Shown in pieces: positions 45,684-58,005 of a stretch of DNA of 64,000 bases. The position numbers and the translations under genes were made by a program. The DNA is taken from positions 1 through 64,000 of the forward strand of contig CAVYZN010000002.1 of NCBI GenBank assembly GCA_963773065.1, read 5' to 3'. Below the pieces are notes generated by a model that worked only from the letters and a program-made list of their open reading frames with translations, searched no databases and was not told the origin of the DNA. The DNA comes from an uncultured Gammaproteobacteria bacterium (GTDB lineage: Bacteria; Pseudomonadota; Gammaproteobacteria; UBA9214). Each line of letters starts with the position of its first letter. Within the stretch, counting starts at the first letter, position 1.

Positions 45684-47171
45684 CTACACCTCGGGCCGCA
45701 TGTGGGGAAACAGCAGCACATCGCGGATGGACGGTGAATCGGTGAACAACATGACAAGCCGATCGATACCGATACCCTCGCCCGCCGTAGGCGGCATGCC
45801 ATGCTCCAGGGCACGGATATAATCGGCATCGAAGTGCATCGCCTCCAGGTCGCCGGCGGCTTTCTCCTCGACCTGCCTGCGGAAACGTTCGGCCTGGTCT
45901 TCGGCGTCGTTCAACTCGGAAAACCCGTTGGCGATCTCACGCCCCCCCACGAAGAACTCGAAACGGTCGGTGACGAACGAATCAGCGTCATTGCGCCTGG
46001 CGAGCGGAGAAACCTCTGTCGGGTAGGCGGTGATAAAGGTCGGTTCGATGAGCCGCTCCTCCACTGTTTTCTCGAAGATCTCGACCTGGATCTTGCCCAG
46101 CCCGTAGCTGTCCTTCACGACGATTCCCAGCCTGCCGGCCAGTGTCCGCGCCTTGCCCAGCTCATCGATATCCCCGGCCGCGATGCCGGGATTGAACTGC
46201 AGGATCGAGTCCCGCACCGTCATGCGTTGAAACGGATTGCCGAAATCATACCGCTGACCCTGGTATTCAATCGTGGTTGTACCCAGCAGGTCAGACGCCA
46301 TGCCGACCAGCAGATCCTCGGTCAGGTCCATCAGATCATGGTAGTCGGCATAGGCCTGATAGAACTCCAGCATGGTGAATTCGGGATTGTGCTTGGCCGA
46401 GAGTCCCTCATTGCGGAAATTGCGGTTTATCTCGTAGACCCGTTCATAACCGCCAACGACGAGTCGTTTCAGGTACAACTCCGGGGCAATGCGCAGGAAC
46501 AGGTCCATGTCCAGGGCATTATGGTAGGTGGAGAACGGACGTGCCGTTGCCCCGCCGGGTATCGCCTGCATCATGGGGGTTTCGACTTCAAGGAAGTCCC
46601 GGTCGTTCAGGTACTGGCGGATATACTGGACCATGCGGCTGCGCATGCGGAAGGTCTTGCGCGAGACCTCGTTCATGATGAGATCGATGTAGCGTTGCCG
46701 GTAACGCGTTTCCTGGTCCGCCAGGCCGTGAAATTTTTCCGGCAGCGGCCGCAATGACTTGGTCAGGATCCGAATCGACTCGATCTTGATGGACAGTTCA
46801 CCGGTTTTGGTCCGGAACAGCACGCCCTCGGCGCCGACGATATCGCCGATGTCCCAGCTCTTGAAGTCCTGGTAGACGCCCTCCGGCAAGGTATCGCGCT
46901 GCAGGTACAGTTGAATACGCCCGGACATATCCTGCAACTGGGCGAAGCTGGCCTTGCCCATGACGCGCTTTGCCATCAGCCGCCCGGCGACCTTGACGCG
47001 CACGGGCGAGGCTTCCAGTGCGTCATTGTCCTTTTGATCATATTCCGCATGCAACTCACCGGCGATGGCATCACGCCGGAAGTCGTTCGGAAAGGCATTG
47101 CCCGCCTCGCGCAGGGCATTCAGCTTGGCGCGTCGCTGGGCGATGAGGGCGTGTTCTTCCTGGGTTGTCAT
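45684..47171 (-). CDS. lysS: Lysine--tRNA ligase (class II)
   Basis: [43 protein letters not shown]. Confidence 0.98.
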   Translation of the reverse strand: MTTQEEHALIAQRRAKLNALREAGNAFPNDFRRDAIAGELHAEYDQKDNDALEASPVRVKVAGRLMAKRVMGKASFAQLQDMSGRIQLYLQRDTLPEGVYQDFKSWDIGDIVGAEGVLFRTKTGELSIKIESIRILTKSLRPLPEKFHGLADQETRYRQRYIDLIMNEVSRKTFRMRSRMVQYIRQYLNDRDFLEVETPMMQAIPGGATARPFSTYHNALDMDLFLRIAPELYLKRLVVGGYERVYEINRNFRNEGLSAKHNPEFTMLEFYQAYADYHDLMDLTEDLLVGMASDLLGTTTIEYQGQRYDFGNPFQRMTVRDSILQFNPGIAAGDIDELGKARTLAGRLGIVVKDSYGLGKIQVEIFEKTVEERLIEPTFITAYPTEVSPLARRNDADSFVTDRFEFFVGGREIANGFSELNDAEDQAERFRRQVEEKAAGDLEAMHFDADYIRALEHGMPPTAGEGIGIDRLVMLFTDSPSIRDVLLFPHMRPEV

Positions 47172-47258
47172 GAATTCGTCCTGGTATCGGCAAGTATCCA
47201 GCGGCATAACGCGGGATGCACACGCCGCGCACAGACCGGGCACGGGTACACCACTGTC

Positions 47259-48357
47259 TTATAACCCGCTCTTCAGGCTGGCCTCGATGAACAGGTCCAG
47301 ATCACCATCCAGCACGGCCTGGGTGTTGCCCACCTCGATCCCGGTGCGCAAATCCTTGATGCGCGACTGGTCCAGCACATAGGAGCGGATCTGGCTGCCC
47401 CAGCCGATGTCCGACTTGGTGTCTTCCAGCGCCTGCTGGTCGACACGGCGTTTCTGCATCTCAAGTTCGTAGAGTTTGGACTTGAGCTGTTTCATGGCCG
47501 TCGCCTTGTTTTTGTGCTGGGAACGGTCACTCTGACACTGCACCACGATACCGCTGGGCGCGTGGGTGATGCGCACCGCCGACTCCGTCCGGTTCACATG
47601 CTGACCGCCCGCGCCGCTGGCCCGGTAGACGTCGATGCGCAGATCGGCCGGATTGATTTCGATGTCGATATCGTCCGCGATCTCGGGAGAGACGAACACC
47701 GCCGCAAACGAAGTGTGCCGGCGGTTGCCGGAATCAAACGGCGACTTGCGCACCAGGCGGTGTACGCCCGTTTCGGTGCGCAGCCAGCCGTAGGCATACG
47801 GCCCCTCGAATTTGACTGTCGCGCTCTTGATGCCCGCGACCTCGCCCGGCGACGCCTCGATCAGTTCGGTAATGAATCCGTGACGTTCACCCCAGCGCAG
47901 GTACATCCGCAACAGCATCTCCGCCCAGTCCTGTGCCTCGGTACCACCGGAGCCCGACTGGATATCCAGGAAGGCATTCTCAGGGTCCATCTCCCCGGAG
48001 AACATGCGCTGGAACTCCAGCCGGCTGATATCCGCTTCCAGCCGACCGACATCGCCCCCGATCGCATCGAGGATATCCTCATCACCTTCTTCCGCGGCAA
48101 CCTCGAGGAGCTCGTCGGCATCACGCAGTGCCTGGAACATCCTGGTGAGGGTATGCACCACCTCCTCCAGGCGGGCCCGTTCGCGCCCGAGTTCCTGCGC
48201 GCGCTCCGGGTTGTTCCAGATATCGGGTGCTTCCAGCTCCCGGATTACTTCGGTCAGCCGTTCTCCCTTGGCATCGAGGTCAAAGATACCCCCTAAGGGC
48301 GGCCGATCGCCCGCCAAGGTCCTTGATCAGGGCACGTAAAGCATTCAGGTCAGGCAT
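47259..48357 (-). CDS. prfB: Peptide chain release factor 2 with programmed +1 frameshift
   Basis: [25 protein letters not shown] then AGGGGG-TAT-CTT-TGA-C (48279-48294); SPF and GGQ motifs. Confidence 0.97.
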
Positions 48358-48593
48358 GTCGGAACACGTCGGCAGGATAAGAAAATCAAGTCCGTCATGA
48401 TACAACTGTTATTCAGTAGAGACTAGCGACACCCGGACTCCGGTGACGGCCGGCGCGGGTCTGCCTGATGTAACGAACTCCGTAGGCATGAAGAGGGCCG
48501 CAACCGTCAACTGGCCCCGTCGGATCATGAATCGACCGGCCATGGACGTGTTGAGGGTGGCAGCACTTATACCACGCCCGGTCGGCCTGGGAC

Positions 48594-50319
48594 TCAGCCA
48601 TGTTCGATGTGTTCAACGGCCAGTTGCGCGCTTTCGACACCTCGGTATTCATTGACGTCGAGACGATAGACCAGACGCGCTACCCGGCAGGTCGCGGGCA
48701 ATGGGCCGGTGCCAAACGCAATTCCCTCGATTCGCCGGCTGCCATCGATCGGCCTCAAGAACATTTTCAGATGCCGTTCACCGACCACGCGCTGCTCCAG
48801 GATCTCGAAATTGCCGTCAAATTGCGGCGCCGGGAATCCCTGCCCCCAGGGGCCCGCATCGCGCAGCAGTTTCGCGGTCGTCAGGGAAAATTCCTCATCG
48901 GCAAGCGGCCCGTCGGTATAGATGACGCCCTGCCGATCCTCTTCCGAGAGTAGCCGGGAGGCCTCCGCGGCGAAGGCGGCCACAAAGGCCGGGAGGTGCT
49001 CCTCGGTCAGCGTCAGCCCGGCGGCCATGGCGTGACCGCCGAAACGGCTGATCAGTTCGGGATGCCGGGTGGCGACCGCTTCGAGCGCATCCCGGATATG
49101 CAGGCCCGCGACGGATCGCGCCGACCCCTTCAATTCACCCTTACCGCCGCGGGCGAAGGCGATCACCGGGCGATGGAAACGCTCCTTGATGCGCGCCGCC
49201 AGGATACCGATGACGCCCTGGTGCCACTGCGGGTCAAACAGGCAGAGTCCGGCCGGCAGTTCCTGCGTATCCAGTCCCAGCGCCTCGATGGCAGCCAGCG
49301 CCTGCGCCTGCATGCCGGCTTCGATGTCCTTGCGGTCGCGGTTGAGCGTATCGAGCCGGGCCGCCATGGCGCGCGCGTCGGCGTCGCTGTCCGTCAGCAG
49401 GCATTCGATGCCGAGCGACATGTCCTCCAGGCGTCCGGCCGCATTCAGGCGCGGCCCGACGACGAAGCCGAGATCGGCCGCGACGGCACGCCCAGGCGTT
49501 CTGCCGGCGACCTCCAGCAGCGCCCGTATACCCGGTGCGCAGCGCCCGGCGCGGATGCGCTGCAGGCCCTGCTGGACGAGTATCCGGTTATTGCGATCGA
49601 GCGGCACCACATCGGCCACCGTCCCCAGCGCGACCAGGTCCAGGAACTGCCCCAGATTCGGTTCCGAAAGGCCCTGCCGGGTGAACCAGCCCCGCGCGCG
49701 CAAACCCGCCCGCAGCGCCAGCATGACATAAAAGGCCACCCCGACACCGGCGAGGTTCCGGCCGGGGAACCCCTCACCGTGAAGGCTGGGGTTGACGATG
49801 GCGTTCGCGCAGCGGCAGGTCTGCGCCGGGCAGATGGTGATCCGTGATCAGCACTCGTATGCCGCGTTCCCTGGCGGCCGCGACCCCGGCGAGGCTGGAG
49901 ATGCCGTTATCCACGGTGACGATGAGATCCGGCCGCATCGTAGCGGCGACCTCGACGATCTCCGGGGTCAGTCCGTAACCGTATTCGAAGCGGTTGGGGA
50001 CGAGGTAATGCACGTCCGTCGCACCCATGCTACGCAAGGCCCGCAGGCACAGGGCGCAGCTTGTCGCCCCGTCGGCGTCGAAGTCGCCGACCACGACGAT
50101 CCGCCAGCCTGCTTCAATCGCCTCACTCAGCAGGCCGACGGCCTGCTCCAGACCGCCCAGCCGATCCGGCGGCAGCAGCTTGTCCAGAGCGTAATCCAGA
50201 TCCGCGGCGCATTCGATGGCGCGCGCCGCATACACCCGTTGCAGGACCGGGGGCAGGCCCGCCGGCAAGCGCTCCGGTGCCGTGATCAGGCGACGGCGCA
50301 GGATGCGTCTAGCCGCCAT
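48594..50319 (-). CDS. recJ: ssDNA exonuclease RecJ, frameshifted near 49760-49810
   Basis: VGDFDADG, PNRFEYGYGL, TVDNG, TDHH, ALGTVAD, PRLNAAGR, GGHAMAAG. Confidence 0.95.
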
Positions 50320-51378
50320 GTCCACAGTGCCACGCGAGCGAGCGGTCACGTTTCCAGATCTGCCGCAACCGCCACCGGCTGATCGCGTAGCGCTTCCCGT
50401 TGACGGGGTAGAGATCCAGACGAGCGATACGACCCTGTTCGAGCATGCCCAGCAACGGACCGAACCAGGCCTGTTCCAGCCGGGTGATAGCGTCTGCCCA
50501 GGATTGCGCATCACCGTAGCGGCAAAGCGGCTCCAGCCGGTCCAGCATCACCAGAATAATCCCGCCCCGTGATATCCACCGGCAGGTCGGTGGCATTCTC
50601 CGGCACACCCCGGCAGGGTATACCCGCCAGCCGCGCGAGTCCCTGCAGCAGCGGATGGCCGGCAAACGCGTGGGTAACCGCGGTGCGTTACCCGCCGTGG
50701 CAGGCACCCGCCACCCCAGGGCCAGATACTGTTGATGACGGGTTCGCCGCGCCGCTCCCGCGCCTGGTTGACCGGGTGGTCATGGAACAGCATCTGCACG
50801 TCATTCAGGAACGCATGCCATGGCGCGCCGGCCTCACCGTGCGGCAGGCCATCCTTGATATCCCGGCCGGCGAGCCGCATGGGCGCCACCGTCGTGACCG
50901 CCGGTGCTTCGCCCAGGGTCAGATACCAGCGCTGCGGCAGCGGGGCGTCCAGATGCCGGCCCTGACCGCGGTAATAGTCGTTGAACGCGGTCACCAGGTC
51001 GCGGGCTTCCTGCGCGTCGATGGCAAATGTCGTGCTGTCGAACAGGCGCAGGCAGGCCTGGTCGGCACGCAGATGGACGGGGTCGGCGCGCATGATAAAC
51101 CCCGGCGCACGTTCGCCGCTGTCGGCCAGCCAGGTCAGCGGGGCTACCGCCAGGGAGGCGCCATCACCGCCGGACATCTGAAAGAAGCCACCCAGCGCGT
51201 GTTCCGCATCGAGCGCGGGCCAGTCCTCGACGCGGGCGCGCGACAGCAGCCGCTCTAGCGCCGGCAGACTCCGCCGCCGGATAGGCCGGTGGCGGGCGTA
51301 TCGGACGACGGCCCGCAGAGAGCCGGTATCACCAACGCGACGCGGCAAAGTTCTTCAGTCAAGAGGCTGTCGTGTCAT
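50309..51378 (-). CDS. RpfE-like/phosphoglycerate-mutase-related protein, frameshifted
   Basis: MRADPVHLRAD, NDVQMLFHDHPVNQAR, VINSIWPWGGG, LEQAWFGPL; position between thrC and recJ. Confidence 0.7.
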
Positions 51379-51396
51379 GGTGTACATCACGGCTAT

Positions 51397-52539
51397 TCAC
51401 GCCAGATTTTCAAGGATCGCCCGCTTGACCGCCTCCAGTTTGGCATCCACCGTCAACATGCCGCCTTCACATTGCCGGATGGCCGTGTCCGGATCCTTGA
51501 GGCCGTGTCCGGTCAGGGTGCAGACCACGCGGCTGCCCTCCGGAATCCGCCCGGAGCGGATATCGCGCAAGGCCCCGGCGACCGAGGTGGCGGAAGCCGG
51601 TTCGCAAAAGATCCCTTCACGGGAGGTCAGCAGTTTCTGTGCGGCCAGGATTTCCGCGTCGCTGCATTCATCAAACCAGCCGCCGGATTCCTCCTGGACT
51701 TTCCAGGCGCTGTCCCACGACTGGGGATGGCCGATGCGGATGGCGGTGGCCACGGTTTCCGGGTGATCGACCATCTCACCGCGCAGGAACGGCGCCGATC
51801 CGCTGGCCTGGTAGCCGACCATGACCGGACGCGCGTCGGTCACCCCGCGGCCGGCGTAACGGCACTGCCCCGCACAGTATTTGCAGGCGGCCGTGACCGG
51901 ACCCTCGCCGCGGTGGGCGTATTCGCAATAACCGATCCAGTGCGCGGTGATGTTGCCGGCATTGCCGACCGGCAGACAGTGGTAGTCCGGGGCCCGGCCC
52001 AGCGCATCGACGATTTCGAAGGCGGCCGTCTTCTGCCCCTGCAGACGATAAGGATTGATGGAGTTCACGATGGTTACCGGCGCATGATCGGCCACCTCCT
52101 TGACCAGGCGCATGCCATCGTCGAAATTGCCGCGTATCTGGATCACCACCGCCCCGTGGATCATCGCCTGCGCCAGCTTACCGAGCGCGATCTTGCCTTC
52201 CGGGATGATCACGAAGGCGGCAATGCCGGCGCGGGCGGCATAGGCGGCGGCGGCCGCCGAGGTGTTGCCGGTCGAAGCGCACAGCACGGCGCGGCTGCCC
52301 TCTTCCACGGCCCGGGTCACGGCCATGCTCATGCCGCGGTCCTTGAAAGAACACGTCGGGTTGAGTCCTTCGTACTTGACGTAGAGCTCGACTTCCCTGC
52401 CGATTTCACGCGGTATGTTTTCCAGCCTGACCAGCGGGGTATTGCCCTCGCCGAGGCTGATGATGCGCGTGCCCTCGCTAACCGGCAGGCGGTCGCGGTA
52501 GTGTTCGATCAGACCCGTGTAGCGTGACCCTGTGGACAT
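51397..52539 (-). CDS. thrC: Threonine synthase
   Basis: [45 protein letters not shown]. Confidence 0.95.
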   Translation of the reverse strand: MSTGSRYTGLIEHYRDRLPVSEGTRIISLGEGNTPLVRLENIPREIGREVELYVKYEGLNPTCSFKDRGMSMAVTRAVEEGSRAVLCASTGNTSAAAAAYAARAGIAAFVIIPEGKIALGKLAQAMIHGAVVIQIRGNFDDGMRLVKEVADHAPVTIVNSINPYRLQGQKTAAFEIVDALGRAPDYHCLPVGNAGNITAHWIGYCEYAHRGEGPVTAACKYCAGQCRYAGRGVTDARPVMVGYQASGSAPFLRGEMVDHPETVATAIRIGHPQSWDSAWKVQEESGGWFDECSDAEILAAQKLLTSREGIFCEPASATSVAGALRDIRSGRIPEGSRVVCTLTGHGLKDPDTAIRQCEGGMLTVDAKLEAVKRAILENLA

Positions 52540-52587
52540 GCGGTGATTCCTTGCCGATACGCAGGCGGTTTGGTGAGCGAGCTCGTG

Positions 52588-53904
52588 CTAGTCGCAGTTC
52601 AGGTGCTCGAGGCGTATGCGGGTGATCCGCCCATGGATGGTGGCGAGCGCCTCGATCTGCCGGATGGCGGCGTTCATCTGGCGTTCCCTGATGGCATGGG
52701 TCAGGATGATGATCGGCACCTCGAGGGCATCCGGCAAGGGTTCCTTCTGCAGGATGGCTTCGATACTGATGTCGAGTTCGCCCAGGATGCGCGTCACCTC
52801 CGCGAGTACGCCCGGCTTGTCCGTCGCCAGCATGCGCAGGTAGTAGGCCGTTACCACCTCCTCCATCGGCAGGATGGGCATATTCGACAGGGCATCGGGC
52901 TGGAACGCCAGGTGCGGCACCCGGTTCTCCGGATCCGCCGTCAGGGTGCGCACCACATCGATGATGTCCGCCACCACGGCCGAGGCGGTCGGTTCCGAGC
53001 CCGCGCCGGCCCCGTAATAGAGCGTCGGGCCCACGGCGTCGGCGTACACCAGCACGGCATTCATCACGCCGTCCACATTGGCGATCAGCCGCCGCTCGGG
53101 AATCAGGGTGGGATGAACGCGCAGCTCGATGCCGTCACCCGTCCGGCGGGCGAAACCGAGGTGCTTGATGCGGTAGCCGAATTCGGCGGCATAACCGACA
53201 TCATCGCGGGTGATGCGGCTGATGCCCTCCGTATAGACCTTGTCGAACTGCAGCGGTATGCCGAAGGCGATGGATGCCAGGATGGTCAGCTTGTGCGCCG
53301 CGTCGATGCCTTCGATATCAAACGTCGGGTCGGCTTCGGCGTAGCCCCGTTGCTGCGCTTCCTTCAGCACCTCCGCGAAGTCGCGGCCCTTGTCGCGCAT
53401 CTCGGTCAGGATGAAGTTTCCCGTCCCGTTGATGATCCCGGTCAGCCATTCGATCTTGTTGGCCGCCAGGCCCTCGCGTATCGCCTTGATGATCGGGATA
53501 CCCCCGGCAACGGCCGCCTCGAAGGCGACCATGACGCCCTGCTCCTGGGCGGCCGCGAAGATCTCGTTCCCGTGCCTCGCGATCAGGGCCTTGTTGGCCG
53601 TGACCACGTGCTTGCCATTGGCGATGGCCCGAAGCACCAGCTCGCGCGCCGGTTCGTAACCGCCGATCAGTTCGACGATGATTTCGGCATCCGGGTTGTC
53701 CACGACGGCGAAGGGATCGTCGGTAACCGGGATCGCCGCGATCCCGGGCAAGGCGGCGGGATCGTAGGCGCGCGCCGCCGCATGGCAGATGCGGATGCCG
53801 CGTCCCGCGCGGCGGGTGATTTCCCCGGCATTACGGTTCAGCACCCTGAAGGTTCCCCCGCCCACGGTCCCCAGACCGAGCAGGCCGACATTGACCGGAT
53901 TCAA
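52588..53904 (-). CDS. hom: Homoserine dehydrogenase with ACT domain
   Basis: GLGTVGGG, VTANKA, EAAVAGGIP, GIINGT, YAEADP, DKPGVLA. Confidence 0.96.
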   Translation of the reverse strand: MNPVNVGLLGLGTVGGGTFRVLNRNAGEITRRAGRGIRICHAAARAYDPAALPGIAAIPVTDDPFAVVDNPDAEIIVELIGGYEPARELVLRAIANGKHVVTANKALIARHGNEIFAAAQEQGVMVAFEAAVAGGIPIIKAIREGLAANKIEWLTGIINGTGNFILTEMRDKGRDFAEVLKEAQQRGYAEADPTFDIEGIDAAHKLTILASIAFGIPLQFDKVYTEGISRITRDDVGYAAEFGYRIKHLGFARRTGDGIELRVHPTLIPERRLIANVDGVMNAVLVYADAVGPTLYYGAGAGSEPTASAVVADIIDVVRTLTADPENRVPHLAFQPDALSNMPILPMEEVVTAYYLRMLATDKPGVLAEVTRILGELDISIEAILQKEPLPDALEVPIIILTHAIRERQMNAAIRQIEALATIHGRITRIRLEHLNCD

Positions 53905-53908
53905 GTGT

Positions 53909-55115
53909 CTACCCTCCCGAGACACGCGCCTGATTGAGGTCATCGCGGAACATGTCCCGTATGCCCCGTATCGCCTGGCGGGTACGATGCTTGTTTTCGA
54001 TAAGGCTGAAGCGCACGTGGTCATCGCCGTACGACCCGAACCCGAGTCCCGGCGAGACCGCTACCCGGGCATCGACCAGCAGTTTCTTGGAAAACTCGAG
54101 CGAACCCATTTCCCGATAGGGTTCCGGGATCGGTCGCCCAGACGAACATGGTCGCTTTCGGTTTCGCGACGTGCCAGCCGATGGAATTCAGTCCGTCACA
54201 CAACACGTCGCGGCGTTCGCGGTAATTCTCGGCAATTTCCCTCACACAGTCCTGCGGGCCGTCGAGCGCGGCGATGGCCGCCACCTGGATCGGCGTGAAC
54301 ATGCCGTAATCCAGATACGACTTGATGCGCGCCAGCGCGGCGATCAGCGTCTGGTTGCCGCAGGCGAAACCGACCCGCCAGCCCGGCATGTTGTAGCTCT
54401 TGGACAGGGAGAAGAATTCCACGGCGACATCCATCGCCCCCTGGGCCTGCAGGATGGAAGGCGCCCGGTAGCCGTCGAATACCAGATCGGCATAGGCCAG
54501 ATCCTGCACCACCCAGATCTCATGCTCGCGCGCGACCGAGACCACTTTTTCGTAAAAATCCAGCTCCACGCACTGGGTGGTCGGGTTGCCGGGAAAGTTG
54601 AGGATCAACATCTTCGGCCGCGGCCAGGAGTCCTTGATGGCCTTCTCCAGTTCGACGAAGAAATCCACGTCCGGCTTTAATGGGACATGGCGGATATCGG
54701 CGCCGGCGATGACGCAGCCATAGGGATGGATGGGATAGGCCGGATTCGGAACCAGCACGGCATCGCCGGGACCGAGCGTCGCCAGCGCCAGATGCGCCAG
54801 TCCTTCCTTGGAGCCGATGGTGACGATCGCCTGTCGCTCCGGGTCCAGATCCACATCAAAGCGGCGCCCGTACCAGTCACAGATGGCCTTGCGCAGGCGC
54901 GGGATGCCCCGGGAGAGCGAATAGCGGTGCGTATCGCCCCGCTGCGTCGCCTCGATCAGCTTGTCCACGATATGCCGGGGGGTCGGCTGGTCGGGATTGC
55001 CCATGCCGAAATCGATGATGTCTTCACCGCGCGCCCGCGCGGCGGCCTTCAACTCATTGACGATGTTGAAGACATACGGCGGCAGACGTTTGATACGGGA
55101 GAATTCCTCAATCAA
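53909..55115 (-). CDS. alaC: Alanine transaminase AlaC, frameshift near 54130
   Basis: [43 protein letters not shown]. Confidence 0.92.
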
Positions 55116-55320
55116 GATGGTAACCGGCTTTTTGCAGTGATTCCGAGGTTGTTAAAGCAACTATTTATAGCGGCTAACGTTACTGAAAAGCGCCATGGGA
55201 AACAAGTGGCGCGCGTACCGGCGAGCACTGCCGGCCGCGGCAATTCCTTGCCACCTTCCCCTTCCCAGTCGGCGCTGACAGCGCTTGTTCAACGGCCGCA
55301 GGCCCGGTATCGTTCACGTC

Positions 55321-55689
55321 ATGCGTTTCGCCCAGGACAGCTTTGCGGGCAACATCATCCGCGCCTATGCCGCGGGCCAGGTCACGGTAAACGATGACGT
55401 CATCACCCGCAGCGTGATTGTGACACCGGACAGAATCATCCGGGACTGGCTGCCGGATTCGTTCGGGGAACTGGAACCGGGGCATCTCGCCCGGCTGGAC
55501 GAACTGCAACCGGAAATCATCGTGCTGGGAACCGGCAGCCGCCTGTGGTTCCCGACCCCCGAGTTCACCGCCGGCTTCCTGTCTCGCGGCATCGGGGTTG
55601 AAATCATGGACACGAATGCGGCCTGCCGAACCTACAACATACTCCTGTCAGAAGGCCGCCGGGTGGTTGCCGCGCTGCTGATGGCCTGA
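55321..55689 (+). CDS. Mth938-like domain protein
   Basis: PEIIVLGTG, GIGVEIMDTNAACRTYNILLSEGRRVVAAL. Confidence 0.9.
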   Translation: MRFAQDSFAGNIIRAYAAGQVTVNDDVITRSVIVTPDRIIRDWLPDSFGELEPGHLARLDELQPEIIVLGTGSRLWFPTPEFTAGFLSRGIGVEIMDTNAACRTYNILLSEGRRVVAALLMA

Positions 55690-55712
55690 CCAGTGTTCCT
55701 CCAGGAAATACA

Positions 55713-55829
55713 TTCACCGCAAAGACGCGAAGAACGCAAGGATTTTACAAGTCAGGTTCAGGATCTGAAGACGTTACCGGAATGCGATTGACGTGCAGCG
55801 AATGCTGCGTTCTTCGTCTTTGCGGTGAA
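55713..55829. repeat. CACCGCAGAG-type palindromic repeat between convergent genes
   Basis: TTCACCGCAAAGACGCGAAGAACGCAAG...TGCGTTCTTCGTCTTTGCGGTGAA. Confidence 0.78.
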
Positions 55830-55853
55830 GACTACTGCCGGCAAAACGTTCCG

Positions 55854-56874
55854 CTATTTCAGCAGGGCATCCATCGAGAAACCGTCGGCTTCGAGGATTT
55901 TCCTGCAGCCGCCGCAGGGCGTCCATCTGGATTTGCCGCACCCGCTCACGCGTCACGCCGATTTCCTCCCCCACCTCCTCCAGGGTGGACACCGGATGCC
56001 CGTGCAGACCGAAACGGCGCTCCACGACCTCGCGCTGCTTGTCATTCAACTGGCCGAGCCATTGTTCCATGTTGGTTTGCACATCGTCTTCCTGCAGGGT
56101 TTCCACCGGATCGTGGGCGCTATCGTCCGGTATGGTTTCAAGGAGTGTCCGGGCGGAATCGTGCATGATATTCGTGTCGGTCGAGGCGGTGCGCTCGTTC
56201 AGCCCCAGCATGTGCTCGACATCCTCGATCGGCTTGTCGAGCAGGGTCGCAATTTCCTCGGCGCTGGGGTCATGATCGAGTTTCTGCGCCAGTTTGCGCG
56301 CCACCCGGAGATAGAGATTGATCTCCTTGACGACATGGATGGGCAGGCGGATGGTGCGGCTCTGGTTCATGATCGCCCGTTCGATGGTTTGCCTGATCCA
56401 CCAGGTGGCATAGGTGGAAAACCTGAAGCCGCGTTCGGGATCAAACTTCTCCACCGCCCGTATCAGCCCCAGGTTGCCCTCCTCAATCAGGTCAAGGAGG
56501 GCGAGGCCCCGGTTCATATAGCGCCGCGCGATCTTGACGACCAGCCGCAGGTTGCTTTCGATCATCCGCTGACGGGCGGCCTCATTGCCTTTCTGGGCCA
56601 GCCGCGCGAAATATACCTCCTCCTCCGCCGTCAGCAGGGGTGAGGCGCCGATTTCGCTGAGATACAACCGGGTAGGATCGTGATTGTCTTCACGGGAGGC
56701 GGGAATGCGCTTTCCGGGTTCGGATTCGGGTTCGGATTCGGGTTCCGGGTAGCGGCTGCCGTTGTCCGCGAGCGTCTCCTTGTCCTCATCCACGCTCGCC
56801 TCCACCATGAGGTCAGACTCAGGCTTCGGCCTGTTGCGCCTCTTGTGATCCGAGTCCTTGCGATGATCAGCCAC
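55854..56874 (-). CDS. rpoS: RNA polymerase sigma factor RpoS, frameshift in the last ~15 codons
   Basis: [51 protein letters not shown]; downstream of nlpD. Confidence 0.95.
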
Positions 56875-56913
56875 TGCTCAACTCCCACCGGTCGTCTCAT
56901 TCAAGGTCGCGGA

Positions 56914-57804
56914 TCAGCCGCGCGGCAGGTAGCGCAGGGGATTCACCGGCTTGCCATCCGCGCGGATTTCGAAATACAGGCGGGCGCTGCTGGTTCCGCT
57001 GCTGCCCATTTTCGCAATGACCTGGCCGGCTTTGACATATTCACCTTCCGTTACGAGTAACTCGCTGTTATGCCCGTACGCGCTCAAAATACTGTCATTG
57101 TGTTTTATGATGATAAGACGACCGTATCCGACAAGTCCACTTCCCGAGTAGACCACCTTGCCGTCCGCCGCTGATAGGATCGGTTGCCCGGTGTTTCCGC
57201 CGATATCAATGCCCTTCTTGCCGGTTGCATCCGGTGCGTAGCCGCGCAGCAACGGGCCTTTGACCGGCCATACCCAGCGGGTGACGACGGCAGGGAGCGC
57301 CGGCCCGGGTTCGGCCACCGGCTCCGGGACCGGCGCCGGTAACGGGGTCCGGGCGGGTGTTGTCAGCGGACCTTGTTTCGGCAGCGCCCGGGGTGCGGCC
57401 ATCACTCTCGGTTGCGTTCGTGCCGTCGTAACCGGCCGGGACGACAGCGGCGCGGCTACCGCTTCCGGGCGGGACGCCGGTACTGGCGCTGACGGGATGT
57501 TACCCGTGGGCTTGGTACGCAGACGTTGGCCGACATAGATGGTGTAGGGTAAACGTATGGCGTTCATTTCGGCCAGTTGCCGGACATTCAGTCCCTGCTG
57601 CCAGGCGATCGAGTAGAGCGTGTCGCCGCGGCGCACGATGTAATACCCTGACTCTTGCGTGGCAATCGGATTTGCCGGCGTTGCGGGCTGTTCGCCCAAT
57701 TCCGTGCCACGGCTATCGACCGGGGCATTGATGGGCAGGGTATTGCAGGCGACGAACAGCGTCACCATCAGACCAACCCCGAGCAAACGCGCGTATTTGA
57801 ACAT
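56914..57804 (-). CDS. nlpD: LysM/M23 lipoprotein NlpD
   Basis: FVAC lipobox, VRRGDTLYSIA, KGIDIGG, GYGRLIIIKHN, LYFEIR. Confidence 0.93.
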   Translation of the reverse strand: MFKYARLLGVGLMVTLFVACNTLPINAPVDSRGTELGEQPATPANPIATQESGYYIVRRGDTLYSIAWQQGLNVRQLAEMNAIRLPYTIYVGQRLRTKPTGNIPSAPVPASRPEAVAAPLSSRPVTTARTQPRVMAAPRALPKQGPLTTPARTPLPAPVPEPVAEPGPALPAVVTRWVWPVKGPLLRGYAPDATGKKGIDIGGNTGQPILSAADGKVVYSGSGLVGYGRLIIIKHNDSILSAYGHNSELLVTEGEYVKAGQVIAKMGSSGTSSARLYFEIRADGKPVNPLRYLPRG

Positions 57805-57814
57805 CAGTATCAAC

Positions 57815-58005
57815 ACGGGCAGGCGCGCACCCCTGTCATGACCAGCAGCCAGCCGATACGTTTAATGCTGCTCTCACCATGGCTTTCATCCGGGGTCCGC
57901 CCCCTGCCGGCAAACCCGCCACCGGAAATAACCGTCTCCCCTTGCCGATGTGGGAGCCTGCGACAATCAGCGGCAAATTCATCGACACCGAGGCGGAAAC
58001 CGGCA
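57815..58005 (-). pseudogene. yqaA: Decayed C-terminal remnant of YqaA (DedA/VTT family)
   Basis: SMNLPLIVAGSHIGKGRRLFPVAGLPAGGGPRMKAMVR, then in a shifted frame IKRIGWLLV; resembles YqaA C-termini and occupies the pcm-nlpD slot. Confidence 0.6.

Noticed and set aside
48400-48593. Possible structured RNA between recJ and prfB
   Set aside because: Only short GC-rich stems expected by chance; no recognisable riboswitch or ncRNA motif.
48594-50319. recJ and other split core genes as true pseudogenes
   Set aside because: Motifs are intact on both sides of isolated indels; sequencing error is more parsimonious.
56714-56750. Tandem GGTTCGGATTCG repeat in rpoS
   Set aside because: In-frame low-complexity PEPESE linker in the variable N-terminus; nothing suggests phase variation.
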